The position numbers and the translations under genes were made by a program. DNA of 64,000 nucleotides. Source: Lama guanicoe. Taxonomy: Eukaryota. Of the stretch, positions 37,831-51,000 are shown one piece after another. Within the stretch, counting starts at the first letter, position 1. The number at the start of each line of letters is the position of its first letter. Below the pieces are notes generated by a model. The model did no database searches. It was not told where the DNA came from and saw only the letters and a program-made list of their open reading frames with translations. The stretch is from the NCBI GenBank assembly GCA_013239625.1, contig MU053758.1, forward strand, positions 1,116,001 to 1,180,000, read 5' to 3'.

Positions 37831-39049
37831 AGATTTTTATAATTCTCAAGCCATGCTGCTGATAAAACCCCCAGAGGAGTTAGCTGCTGACAGGGCTGGA
37901 AGGGAAGGCAGGGGCTCTCCCAGGAGGCTCCTCTGGGCTCAGGTTGGCTTAGCTAAAAATGGTGGATGACTCTCCCTCAGACATCTCTGTTATGAAAAGG
38001 GAGGACACCAGAACAGGACAGAGTGCAAACAAAATGAAAACTGACCCAGTGTTTACTCACCTTCCTTTCCCATCTCCCCCTCTCACTCTGCTCTCATTAT
38101 CACCCTGGACTGTCTGGAGACCAGGCTGGGCTGGGTGTCTCTCCAGTTAGGAAGTTACAGCAGAGTACCCCCTGATGCAAGCCGTGGAAGGCTGGCACTC
38201 CACTCACACCGCCTCGCACGATCTCAGTTGGTTTCCTTTTCCTCCTCAGCGGGCCCTTGAAATACTCTAGACCTCAAACCAATGTTTGTAAGTATCTCTC
38301 CTAAAGACACTTACAGCTTTGTGGCCCCTGAGCTGTGGACCTGGGCAACCAAAACAGAGAATAATCTCCCTGCCATTGCAAAATGATATCCTGGGATTAA
38401 CCATGAAAGGGAAAAGACAAGCAGTTCCAGTTGGTGTTTGGAAATGAAAACTGCAATGGTGTTTCAAAGGTACTTTAGAACCTTATTAATTTGGAGCCTG
38501 ACATTTAAAATGTGTAATTTGGACATAAATTGTGCTTTCCTTTACACTATTCAAAGCGAGGCTGAACAGTGTATGAAGACTGCAAAGGGATGCTTTGGCA
38601 TAGTTAGGTAACTGTTTAATACCACTGCCACTGTTTTAATTGTACCATTTGCTTTTAATAGCAGTTTATAATCTGCTAATTGAAACCTACATTTAGCAAC
38701 ATCAGTAAGTGGGGTCACTGCATATTCTTGGAAGAAAAGACTGCATTTCCTTCAGAGTTCTATTATTCAGACTTTTCATTAATTTGGGTCGGCTAAAACT
38801 TTCCCAACAGTCCCTTGGCTGGTGAAGTTTTATGCTAATTTACTACACATGCAATAGTAGCTCTCTTAGGCTCCCAGGAAAATTTCCAAGGCTATCAAAC
38901 AAGGCTTCTAGACATGGGTGAAAGGGTGTCCACTGCCTGATGGGACCACTCCTGACTTTCCTTTTCCCCATACTGGAAGCCAGTTTAATCCCCAAACCAG
39001 GGGAAAAGCATCCCCTGAGGGTCCAGACTCTCACTGTACATACAGTTCT

Positions 39050-40500
39050 TTCATCTCCACCTCCACCCTCCAGCTACATACAGCCTACTCCTCCTCCCTC
39101 CCAGGCCAAACTTAGTAGAAAAGCTGCTAGCACTTTCTCATGTGCTCACTTGGACTTTCATCCCAGTCTCTGCTGATACTGTGCTTGTCCTGGTCTCCAA
39201 GGACCTCCTCCTTGTTAAACCCAACAGACTGTCTTCAGCAGTTCTTGGCCCTTTGACCAGCCCCTCCTCCTCCAAACCTCCATGGATTTTCTCTGACCTC
39301 TCTGGCCCCCTCATCCCTTTTTGGGCTCCTCTTTTGCCACCCCTTCAATACTGCTGTTCCTCAGCATCACCTTTCTCACCCAACACCCGTTCCCTGAGTG
39401 TGCCCACTCACAGGGCTTCAGGTACCTTCCACAGGCTGACTCCCAGGTCTGTATCTGGCCTGGAGGCCCCGGGCTCTAAGTGGCAGACCAGTAGCTCCAG
39501 TCCTCTGTGGGCCTTCCACTTGGGCTGGCCGCAGAACTTCCAATGCTCAGCTGTCCCCTTTGCCCATTCTCTCCCTGGCTTTCTCATCCCCAGCCACCAT
39601 GGGCTTCCTTCCACATCCATTAAGAGCTTCCATCTCTGCCGCTGCCCTTTGTCTTGCTTAGAGCCCCTTCTTCTCTCTCCACTAGTTTACATCTACTCAC
39701 CTTTCTGGTCTCAGCTTTGTTTCTTCCCAGCAGAATCTGCTGAGAGCCCATTATGTAACAGGTATGTCATGTCCTCAGAGAGGCTGTCCAGGCCCCCTGA
39801 GATGAGGTTAACCCCTCTGAACTCACCACCCATTAAATAATCATGGGCTTAATGTCTCTCTTCCATACTCATACTGGAACGGTGGCCCAGGTCCATTTTC
39901 ATTGGAACTGCTACCCCAAGCCTAATGCATAGCACAGCGACACTTCAGTGCCTGCAGGTTGAATGAATAATGAATATTTGTGGTTAAACCAGGCTCTCTT
40001 TTGGTTCAATCATAAGGAAACCTGAGTGCCATCCTCGCTCCCATTCAGTCATCAAGTCCTCTCATGATTCTACCTCCTAAATACAAACCTCTTTCCAGAA
40101 TACTCATTGCTATGCATTTGCCTTAAGCTAGTGTTAACCACCTTCGGCTCAGCCTGAAATACTGCCCAAAGCCTTCAAAATGGCTTCCCAGCCTACACTA
40201 TTTGGTCTTTAGAATCTTTTAAAATGTCAGTCCCACCCAGCTATTCCCTTGATTAAATCCTTCAACAGCTTCCAGAAGATCTTATGATAGCCTTATAAAG
40301 ACCAAAACCATCTGCCCCTCCCCCACCTCTCCCACTTTACCCTTTGCCCTTCCACAGACCACAAAGCGTTCTCTCTCACTTGGAGCCTAAGCAAACTCTC
40401 TCCCATTTGTCTAGCCAACTCCGGTCCTTCTCCAGAGCTCATTTAAAACTCATTTACTCAGAGAAAGCCCTTTCTGATCTCTTCCCTCCTGCCCGCCCCA
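39050..40500 (+). mobile_element. Highly diverged L2 fragments
   Basis: L2-like pyrimidine-rich blocks and a gttgaatgaataatgaat tail near 39960; boundaries approximate. Confidence 0.5.
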
Positions 40501-41379
40501 CAAGTCAGGGGCAAGTGTCCCTGCCATGTGCCAGTGTACGTGCCCCATGGCTCCCCTGACAGGGCAGGGAGTGCGTCTCTGTCCTAGGGGTCTTTCCGTG
40601 GGCTGACTCAGGGAGCACCACATAACAGGAAGAGGCCTCAGATGGGACCCCAGAGCCCTGGCCATCAGACTATTGGCTGTTGCACTGGTCTTTCACTTGA
40701 GAATATTACTCTTGAGACAAAGGGGATGAGAGAGAAGGGATCCAAAGAAACATCACAACAGTGGGCTCTGGGAAGGAACTTGGCTCAAACTCCACAGCCA
40801 GGTCTTGGGCTGGGCTTTTTTTGCCTCCTGGTTCCTACCATCCTGGCTATGGCTTTCTTGGCCGTCTGCTATGGTGTTTCTTCTAGAGGAATTTCACTCC
40901 ACACAAACAGTCCTTCTGCTGGCTATTTTGGTCAGTTCAGTTGGGCCTGAAGCCAGTTAAACAGTTTCCAAGCCCAGGCTTTTCCAGTTGCCTAGCCTGA
41001 AAGAATTCAGAGCTGGTAAGGGAAAAGCAAGCCACAGCTAGTTCTAGAGAACAAACGTGCACCTCAAAGGGAGTTGACAAATGGGCTTGGATGCAGAAAG
41101 CAGCTAGAAAGACTCCAAATTGCTCTGAGCATTTCTGAGAAGCAACTTGCCAATCATCATAATAACCATATAACAGTAAGAGGAATTTCATTGACTTTCA
41201 TGAAAGGAGAAGAGTTCTGGGTGTGGCGAATGCCCCAGGCCAAAAGAGGAAGGCTGGTAAAGAAGGGAGATCTTGTCTCCACCCAGACATGTGACTGAGC
41301 CATCCAGTCTTCCCTCCTCCCAACTCCGACCCCCGCCTCGGCCCATGACCCTCATTTGTGTCCACAATTTCATCAGGAA

Positions 41380-42838
41380 GTTAAAATTCCCTTCATCAGC
41401 TAACATCCATTATTTCTCTCTTTTTCAAGCAGAACTCCTTGCAAGAGTCACCCATACTTGCTGTCCCTCGTTTGTTTTCTGCCAGTCTTTCTTGAACCGG
41501 CTCCAACCACGTGGCCCCCTCCCATCCACACCACAAAAACTGCTCCCACCACTAGTGACCGCCCTGTTGCCAAGTCGAAGGTTAATTCTCAGACCTCAGC
41601 TTCTGTGCTGACCTACAGTTGGTGCCTCTTCCTCCTTGAAACACTTTCTTCTCTTGGCTTCCAGGTGGGCCTCCTACCCCTCTGGCTGCTTCTTCTAAGA
41701 CTCCTTTGCTGGGTCCTTTTCTCCTCTCAAATTCTAAATGGTTGGGCTGCCCCAGGGCTCAGCTGAGACTTATTTTTCTTCTGTCTACACCTTTTTGCTG
41801 GGGGATTTCATCCAATCTCATAGCATTAGAAATCAATTATATATATATATATTCCATACAATGATGACTCCCAAACTCATATCTTCAGACTTGTATCTCT
41901 GACTCCCTACTGACATCTCCACTTGGGTGAATTAATAAGCAACTCAAATCTACCAAGCCCCAAACAGGGCTCCTGATATCTCCCTAATTCTGTGCCTCCT
42001 TCAGAATTCCCCACTGCAATGAATGGAACTCTATCCTCAACTCTAAGACCTTGGGAGTCACCCTTGACTCTTCTTTTTTCCACTCTACACTTGTCAGCAA
42101 ACATTTTCGGCTCTACCTTCAAAATATATTCAGAATCTGCTTTCACAACCACTTCCTGTTCTCACCCAGAGTCAGGTCCCTGTCATCTCTAGCCTGGATA
42201 ACTGTGAAAGCCTCCTGACCATGTCCTTGCTGGTCTATTCTCACACTCATTCAGAAGAAGATTCATCAAACTTAAATGAAATCATGTTACTCCTCTGCCC
42301 AGAGCCCCCCCCAATACATCCATTTCCCATTCAAAGTAAGAGCTAAAATCCACACTGTGACACAAAAGGGCCCCATGTGACCTCTCTGACATATCCCCTA
42401 TTACTCTCCCTCACTCACTGCTTCAGCCACACCGCCTCCCTGCTGTGCCTGAATAAGCCAGGTGTGGCCCCTCTCCCAGACCTTAACACCTACTGTTCTC
42501 TCTGCCTGAGTTCTCACCCTCAACCCCAGGCTCCCCACCCCAGACTGAGCATAGCTCAATCCCTCCCCTCCTTCAGGGTTTTACCCAAACTCCCTTCCCT
42601 GACGACCACCCTATACAAACCCACCCCTCCCATTCTCCCTATCCTCTATTAGGTTTTTCTCCCTAGCACTTCTCATTGCCTGATATCTACTAGTTACTTA
42701 TTTACTGTTTCCCACTAAGATGTAAGCTTCCTAAAGGCAGGGACCTCTCTCTGCCTTACCTACTGATGTACCCCACTCCCCAACCTGGCACAAAGTAGGT
42801 GCTTCATAAATATTTGTTGAATGGATAAATGAATGAAT
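41380..42838 (+). mobile_element. L2 LINE 3' portion
   Basis: Pyrimidine-rich L2 body ending in gtaggtgcttcataaatatttgttgaatggataaatgaatgaat. Confidence 0.8.
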
Positions 42839-45800
42839 CCTGGAGGCTGCAGAGCCAAGGAGCCTAAATGGAGTTTAAGAACCAAAAGCGAAAACCTGCA
42901 GATTTGCAATATCCTGCCACTGGGCTGGGATCCACTCACCAGGTCAGCTCAGCCAATCCAGTCCCAGATGGAACTCAACCCTGCTAGTCACCTCACGTGG
43001 GGACAAGAGCCTGTGTGGGGGCCAGCAAGGTCCAGTCCAATCTTTCTCCCAAACAAAAATCTCAAAGCACACATCTCATCACCACACATGGGACGCCACA
43101 CTTCGATGCTTCTTTCGATTAACATGTCCTGGGGAGAAGTCCTTCTCTGGGTGCGTTAAGACAATGGGGATACCTGCTATCTGAATAGCTCTTCTCTGTC
43201 TCCATCCCAAATCTCGCTCCTGAAAACGTGACTGTGTCATCTGCTAGTTTCATCCTATTGTACCGGAAGGGACTCTGGAGAAGTGAGTGCGGACACAAGG
43301 CAGCAGGGGATGATGTGAAAACTCTTCACTCTGACAGAAGCAGTCCCAGAAACAGTACAGAAAATACTGGGCCTCAGAATTCTGTGGAAAACAGGAGGAA
43401 AAAAGAAACCAAGACACACTTTCTCCCCCCTAAAGAATATCATTATGTACAAACACACGCTTTCTCTGCTTTGGCACATTTATTTGTGAGTCATTCTGCA
43501 CATTCATCCACAGCTATGAGGCTACGATTGGTTCTGAAATGAGTGGTGACTTCATTTCCCCTGGGAAGGGAAGGCTGGCTCACCATTTACTTTCTCGCTG
43601 GCTGGGAAATGTTTTGGCCTGTTTTGAGGCTAATCTGAGAAGACTTCCAGTTAGACATTGGCCAGGGGCAGAAATATTCCACATCCAATCACACAGCTGC
43701 GCCTGCTGTCTCTTATTCCCTATTTACACCCTCTGAAAGGCGGTTTTGTGATTCTACCAAGTCCCCTAGAAGAAGTAACAAACAGCCCAAAGAGGAAGCT
43801 GTAGAAAGAGGACATTTGGAAGCGTGCAGGCCAGTGCCTGCTGGTTCCTGAGCCACTTTCACTGCATGGCAGAGGCGAAAGACGCCACCCAACAGCCTCA
43901 GTCACGGCACAGGGCCAAACTGGCATCTCAGTGTGGTGGCGCTTCTGGCTAGGGACAGCATGCATTTCTGACGTTGAAACAAACTACATACTGCTCAGGA
44001 AAATGAGATGGCCAAAGGAAGAATTCAAAGAGTTGGGTCTGCAAGCATGCTCTTCCTGTGACACAGTGTCGACATCTCAACACTGCTTGGTGCTGCTCAC
44101 AGGGTAAACTGAGAAGCATCAAAACTGGGCTTTTTACACTCCTCTGCTCCTGAGCATGCCAGCTTGAAGCCCATCTTGGTGAGAAGCAATCCTCTATGCT
44201 CTATGCCTCAGAGCACCCGGAAAGAGAGCTTCCTAGACCTGCAAGCACTGCCTTAGCGTGCTCCTGGGCTCTCTTCTCAGCCTCGAATGAGGCAGTAGAA
44301 AAATCAGTTTTCCATTTCTGAATCCTGTCAACTGGAACAAATCCACCAGTACCACCTGGGAGCATCTCCACAAGAGCAATCTCTAATTTCTTTCCTACTC
44401 AAGCTGACAGTGCCCTTGAGTTAGTAATGCCCCATGTTTTTACCCACTTGATTCATCTTTCCGCCCAGCTCTCAGATAACTGATAGCAAAGTGAGACCTC
44501 CCCACCCTGAGGGTCTCCTAAGATAATGCTGCTAGACAAAAAAAAAAAAAAAAATCTGATCATCGGGAGGAAGTAGTTCTTAAGACGGAAATAGACTTTC
44601 AACTATGTTTCAGAAATATACAGATCTAAGTGCTGGTCCTATGAAGAAAGAAAGAAAAAGAAAGCTTTTTCCCCTTCCTTCAACAGGTCTAGAAGTCACA
44701 CGAGGAGTTGTATGTGGCTACAAACAAAAACAAAGCAAAAATGAAAAATCAAAAACATCAACAAGTGCATCCCATACTGATATCCATTTCTCAGCCCACC
44801 TTGGTTTGGTGCAGCACGGAGGCCAAGTGTCCTGGTTTAGAACTTCCTGGGAAGAAGTTCACAAATCCAGTCAAGCTGCTCAAAGGGACATTCCAAACTT
44901 ATCATCCAATAAACTAATAAGAAAGTACTGGAGCTTCTCCAAATAGATTTTGCTCTGGGTCTGCAGCCTACAAGCTTTCAGTTTGGACAATGCAATCATT
45001 TAAACTTAAGACGTGCTCGCAGCTCTGCATTTTCTGATGCTTTGCACAACCCTTTAAAGCAGTGTTCCTCTGCACCTTTCATTCTGTGACCATTGCCCAT
45101 CTCCTCCAAAATAACTCCTGTTTTTCGATCTTTGGCAGCAAGGCATCTGATTTGTGTGTATACAGAGAATAGAGGGGATGAAGATGAGTCTTAGAAGAAC
45201 AGGCTACATTTCATCATAGAAATGGAGGCGAGCAAGGTCTAGGAAGTTGCTGAACCCAAGCCAATACCAGAGTCTACTAGTTAGCTGCAACAAGCTTAGG
45301 ATGTCTTCAAAAAGGCCCTGATTGGGCAATACTTGCTTAAAGCAAGCTTAGGACTTATCACATAACTATGGCAAAGAACTGTTTAGGCTACAATAGACCT
45401 TGCAACTTCTCCAAAAGGCTGCTATTAACCAACACAAGAACTAGGAAGTTCAAGACCAAGATATCAAAATGAGCTGCCCTCTCTGCTGTTATGCCGTAAG
45501 GCTCCTTTAGCCAGACATTTGTCAGAATCTTCTTAAAGCTTCTTCTCTTCTCTGACAAGCCTCCAGAGACCCAAACTTCATAGAATCTGAGAGAAAAGAG
45601 CCTGCCACTTTATGTGCTGTCAACAGTGATGCCAATTGCTTTTTCCTGGAGTTAGTTCTCTATGCTGAGCAGATGAGGCTCTGAAGATGAACTAATTCTA
45701 CTTGAGTCTCCTTGGCAAAAAGACTGTCTTTAGCAGCCTAGCTTAGGGGGTTCATAATTGTCAGACTAGCTTTTTCCCCCCATTGTTGCTGCTTTTAAAC

Positions 45801-47039
45801 AAAGAGGTTAAACCTCTGTAAAACCAAGTGGAAGAACCAGAATTAGAAAACTTACCAACCACCCCAGCCAATAAGAATCCATTTCCAATAGGTATTAATG
45901 CCTATAGAAGCCATTGGAACACTGACATCATCAGCCCAACTAATAGGCTGTCTGACAGATTGGCCCCCTTCGTTGCACACAAGAATTTAAAACAAAATAA
46001 GACACTGCAGTTATATTCATTATTGCAGACAACAGGTTTCCTTGTAATACCATTCAAAATTACTCCTATGGTGTGGAATCTACCATCATCCCCTTCAAAG
46101 CTTCTCTGTGAGGTGACCAATACCCTAAACTTTCTAGCCCTAAAAATCTTATCCAAAATACCAACTCAACACTTAGCCCTCCACTGTGATACTTAATGCC
46201 TTCTGGGTACAGCATGCAAGTTTTAGACCGCGCATACCAGTGTACCTTGCAACAGTCATCACCCTTCTATCTGCAATGAAACCTGTGTAATGGGGGACCA
46301 TGGACCAATTCACTGCTTAGAGCAGATTTATTGACTGTTCCCTCCCTTTCTCTAAGAAAATAACAAATGAGCAAGAAGTAACCTCAGAAGAAGAAAAAAA
46401 CTTCGGGAGAATGCATACTGAGAACAGCCAGACTGAGTCCCTCTGGATTAAGCTAATTAAGAAACAATTAGACACGACAGTAACACTGGAATCAAAACCA
46501 AGGAATGCAGTGAGGACAGGTTTCTCAATTGCCCAGAGGAGAAGACACAGTTCCTTTTCATCTAAAATTAGAAAGCCACCAGGAACCTAAGCCAAGAAGC
46601 ATGGAAAGGAGGCTGAGAACCGTAAGTCAGCAATGGGGTTTGGAGATGGGGTATCCATTTTGTTTTATTTCTTCTGTCATCCCTTAGGTTTGCTCCTGGC
46701 CTTGGGGAGTCAGCAGTCCGCCCCGCTCCCAAGGATGTCAGGCAACAGGCTTGAAGTTCTGTCAACAAGTTCTTAAACGTCTCACATGCTAAGAGCTTGG
46801 AGATATCTAGCTGGAGGTTCAAGGATGTAAGTGGAAATATTAAAAGGTTTCTGCCCGCAGTCTAAGGCGAGAGGCCATCTGCCTAGGGAGTGCCCTCGCG
46901 TCCTGACACCATCCCTCGACTGGGATACATTGGTAATTAGGTTGGCTTCCACGCCCAGCAGTGCCCATGTGGTTGGCGCCGTTGGAATTTCAAGCATTCC
47001 CCCGCCCACTTCTGCACTCGGGAGAGCCCTGAATCGCTG

Positions 47040-48050
47040 TGGGCACCTAGAGTTTAAGTGAAAGAGGGTCCCCCGAACATAGGGCAAGCGCAAAGGGCGT
47101 CGACCGCCTCCTCAGAGCAGACACAAGCAACGTCTCCAGGCCAACGACCGGGCAGAGGGGGTGCCAGGCCCGCCACGGGTGCCCGCTTCTCTCGCCAGCC
47201 CCCGGAAGCGCCGCCCTCCCGCCCAGCGGGCTCCGAGGGGGCGGGGAGTCGAACGCCCCCTTCCGGGTGCCTCCGCCTGGCTGGCCAGCCCCGCTCCTCC
47301 TCCGGGCGGGAATCCTCCCTCCCCGCCCCTCCCGGAGCCGGGCCCCGGCGCCAGGCCCGGCCCCAAGGGGGAACCCCCAGCCCCGGCTCCCCCTCCCTGC
47401 GGCCTCTGCCAGTCTTCCCGACCCTTGAGAGCCGGGAAGACCCCGCCGGCAGCGGCCAGGACCCACCGCTCATTACGACATCTTCCTCCCTGGCCTCCGC
47501 CGCCTCCGCCGCCACCGAGAGCCTGACACCGCCCGCCTAGCGCCCGCCAATCCCGGAGCCCGCCACCGCCCGAGCGACGGCAGCATTCACCAATAAGAGT
47601 TCGGTACATTGGGGACCGACAGCACTACTAACCAATCAAAGAGAAGCATCTAGAGCGACGTTGGTTTGGCCAATAGACCCGTGAAATGTCACTGATGGAC
47701 GGTAGAGAGCACCAACCGGAAGCCTAGTGTAGAGTGAACGACATGTTCGCCAGCCAACTGGCGGGAGGTAAAGTCCCGCCCACAAGGTGGTTGATGGACA
47801 GCAGCAGGAAGCTAGATGGGGAGGGGCTTAGCTGAGGAGTGGTTTTGCATTGGTCGTGGTTGACCTTCCACCCACCTCTAACCCAGAAGATGAGTGATAG
47901 ATCTGCCCTAAAGCCAATCGGCAGTCCTCAGGGTGAGGCCGAAAAATGCCCTATAAATAGCACCTACTTTGCGCCTCAATCCTGTGTCGCCCCGCTGAAG
48001 CGGGGTCCTTCTGCTCTTCGGCCTCTAAAACCAGTGCCTGGTGAGTGGAA
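47040..48050. promoter_or_regulatory. SP2 CpG-island promoter with CCAAT array; bidirectional architecture
   Basis: Dense CpG and GC boxes; CCAAT at 47547, 47590, 47632, 47670, 47914; plus-strand TATA-like CTATAAATAG at 47951. Confidence 0.88.
47467..47473 (-). CDS. SP2: SP2 exon 1 coding part (ATG AGC G)
   Basis: ATGAGCG|GTGGGT inside the CpG island; joins exon 2 to give MSDPQTSM. The exons sum to 1842 nt = 613 aa + stop. Confidence 0.88.
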
Positions 48051-51000
48051 AGCGACCAGTTTTTTATTTAGTCCCTCGCCTTTCATCGCTTCTGGAGAGG
48101 GAAGTGAGCCCTCAGGCGACTTTGTACTGCGAGGCATTGGCGTCGGACACAATAGTTGGGGCTACGTGACACTTCGAAGAGAGAGGATTATTCTCACCGT
48201 CTCAGTTCAAACCCCCTCTTAATCCTCACCTCGTTACTGCAGCGACCGCCTAACATGGGCATCAGAATCACCTGAAGCTCTCTAAAAGTCGATTACCCGG
48301 GCTGCCCCTCGTGTCTAGGGCACGCCTGGAATATGCATTCTAACCAGAGCCTCGGGTGGACTGACATGGTTTGTGCCCCACTTTCCTCCTTGAATGAGGT
48401 GCTGTGAGTACAGGACTTGGCAGTCGCTACCTGGATAGGTTTACCTTTTCTACGGATGCGTAACTTGAGAAGGCTGCCTGGCATTAGTGAGAAGGAATCC
48501 GCTCTGGTTTCAGACCAGCCTGGGTTCGAAACTTAACACACAGCCTACTTAGAGAGAGGCAGGGTACCGAAACTCCACGCGCTTTATGTCTTCATCTGTA
48601 TCTGTAAAATGAGGCTAATCACACCTACACCTTAGAACAGCGGTGGTTTCCTTTTTTTTTTTAAATCTTAACCCCACGATAAGAAATACATTTGCATGCT
48701 GACCCAGTACACATATACTCCCATGAGAGTGAAGTTTCGGAGAACAGTATTTACCCTTCCTACGCGAAGTGCACCGATATTTTCTATCCTGTCATATCTT
48801 ATTCTTCCCTCCCTCCCTCCCTCGTTCCTCCTTTCCTTTCTTCCTTTTCTTGATAATGACTGGCAGTTTGAAGAACACTGTTATAAAGGGTTGGTGTGAT
48901 AAAATACAGAGCAGAATGCCCAATACACTGTAATTGTTGAAAAAATGTTAATAGTCTCTTCCCAGTCACCCCTCTCAGATTTAGCCTCTGAAAAGACAAG
49001 ATTTCAAAAGACAACACTCCTCTAGTTAAGATCCTTCACTGGCTCCCTGCCCCCTTCTGAATAAAAAGTCCATACTCCTTTCTAGCAAACAATGTCCATG
49101 TGCTTTCTGTATTTTTATACTTTATCTCCCTCTGCCACCCTATTCCCTTTCCACAAACCCTACGTTTATGCCTCCAGGAAAGATTGCACAGTTCCTAAAC
49201 ACTTTTGCATCTATTTCTCTTCCTACTCTATCCTTTCTTTCTCCTGGTAAACTATGCATCCTTCAAGAACCTGCTCAAGGTCTGAACTCACGCTGAGCCA
49301 TAGCTTTTTCCTTCTCTGGACTGCTGTTGGCACATGCAAAGAGCTTCACTCAGTCCCACGGCATTACACACTTATTTTTACTTCTGACTTCCCTACTAGA
49401 CTGTGAGCTGCCAAAGAGGTTTCAGGCCAGTACTAGAGGACTGGCAGGAAATGTATGCTGAGTTAAAGAATGAATATTTGCCTACAATTACATCTACATA
49501 TGACCATCCATTCTGTTCCCAGGCCACTTTTCAAGTTAAGATTGCTTCACTGTCAAGCCAAGAACTCCACCCGGTTTCAATGACTCAGCTATATTGGGGT
49601 GCATGGATTTTTGAGGGAGGAGGTGGAGTTGAACATCGTGCTGGGCGGCTGCCAAACATCTTGGACGAAAGCTGGGGCAGCTGTGCTTCCCCACCCCAGA
49701 GGCCCCATCATGAAGACAGCAGAAGTGGAAAAAAAAAAAAAAAGTTTGCATGTGTGTGGGTCAGGGGACAGGGTGCAAAAACTTAGAAGAATCTGGCAGC
49801 AGTTTTGAGTTACTTAAATGGTTCGTTCCTTTTAAAAGCTGCCATTTTTCTTGTTTTTACCAGAGGCACAGACAGGGAAGGGGGTGCCTTCTAAGGAGAG
49901 GACCCCCTTATATGTGTGTCAGGACCTTTGGAGTCTTTGAGCCTTATTTACGACACCCTAAAGCCTCCACACAATTTCTCTTCTCACAGATTGCTTCTGT
50001 CAGGGTGGTCCCGTACTCCACAGAGAGAAAAGAGGCCAGGCAGCCAGCCCCTAATGCCAGCTTTCTCCTGGCCACACTTTAGACTCACTAGAGAGCTTTT
50101 ACTATATTCTAAAGTCTAGGTCACATCCTTGGCCAAGGAAATCAGAACCTCTGGGGGTGCAACTCTGGCGACGGTATTAAGAAGTTCTTCAGGTGATTCC
50201 AACAGGCAGCCAAATTAGAGAACCGCTCTTTGGCCCAGAGAATCTTCCACTGGGGGTGCTCAAGTGAACAACTATGAACAGTCTGTACCCTCCACCTCTC
50301 CCCACTCCTATCCGTCCCCTTCCAGAATTTCTCCCCTGCCCACCCTACCTGCTTCAGTCTTCTTCGTAGAGCAGGGGCCAACAAGTGGTTCCAGCCATGT
50401 GTCTCAGTGTCAACTAGGAGAAACATCTCTTTTCCAGGTGTATCTGGGGACAATTTCTCCCTGGGTGATATTTCCCTTCTTGTTTCCAACCACTTTCAAC
50501 CTCTTCCTGGTCTAGGTTGTCACTTTCTCCCATTTCTAATTTACAAAGTTACTCATTCCCCACCCTTAAAATCCTTACATTTGTCTTGTCCACCATGGCA
50601 CTTTCCACTCCCACCACATTGCTTGATATATAGTTGGTGCACAGTAAATGTTTGTTGACTGACTATTCTTTTAACATTTTTCATATACTTATCCCCTTCT
50701 CTTCCAGGCCCAGCTTCCTCCACCTCCATGTCACTTCTTTACCCCCTTCCCTCTTCATTTCCCCATGTTTTTCTTGCTTCCTTGTCCTTTTCTGCATGTG
50801 GCTGGCCCTGTCTAATTCATCAGTACCAGAGAGTGAGCATCCATCCCTCAGGAGGCTGAGGGCACCAGAAGGAGGGGTCGATGTATACAAAACCACAGTC
50901 TCTGTCCATAAGAGGCTCATTCTGGGGCCTCCTGTGAAAGGACCCACATGGGGCAGCTGGTACTGGATGTCCAGAAACTAGATGAATATCAGTGTTCCAG

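Noticed and set aside
39142..39840. 232-aa Ser/Pro/Leu-rich ORF
   Set aside because: Lies in a pyrimidine-rich decayed L2 region; composition is typical of spurious ORFs
47047..47609. Several 120-165 aa ORFs in the SP2 CpG island
   Set aside because: GC-rich low-complexity artefacts; only the 7-nt coding part of exon 1 is supported
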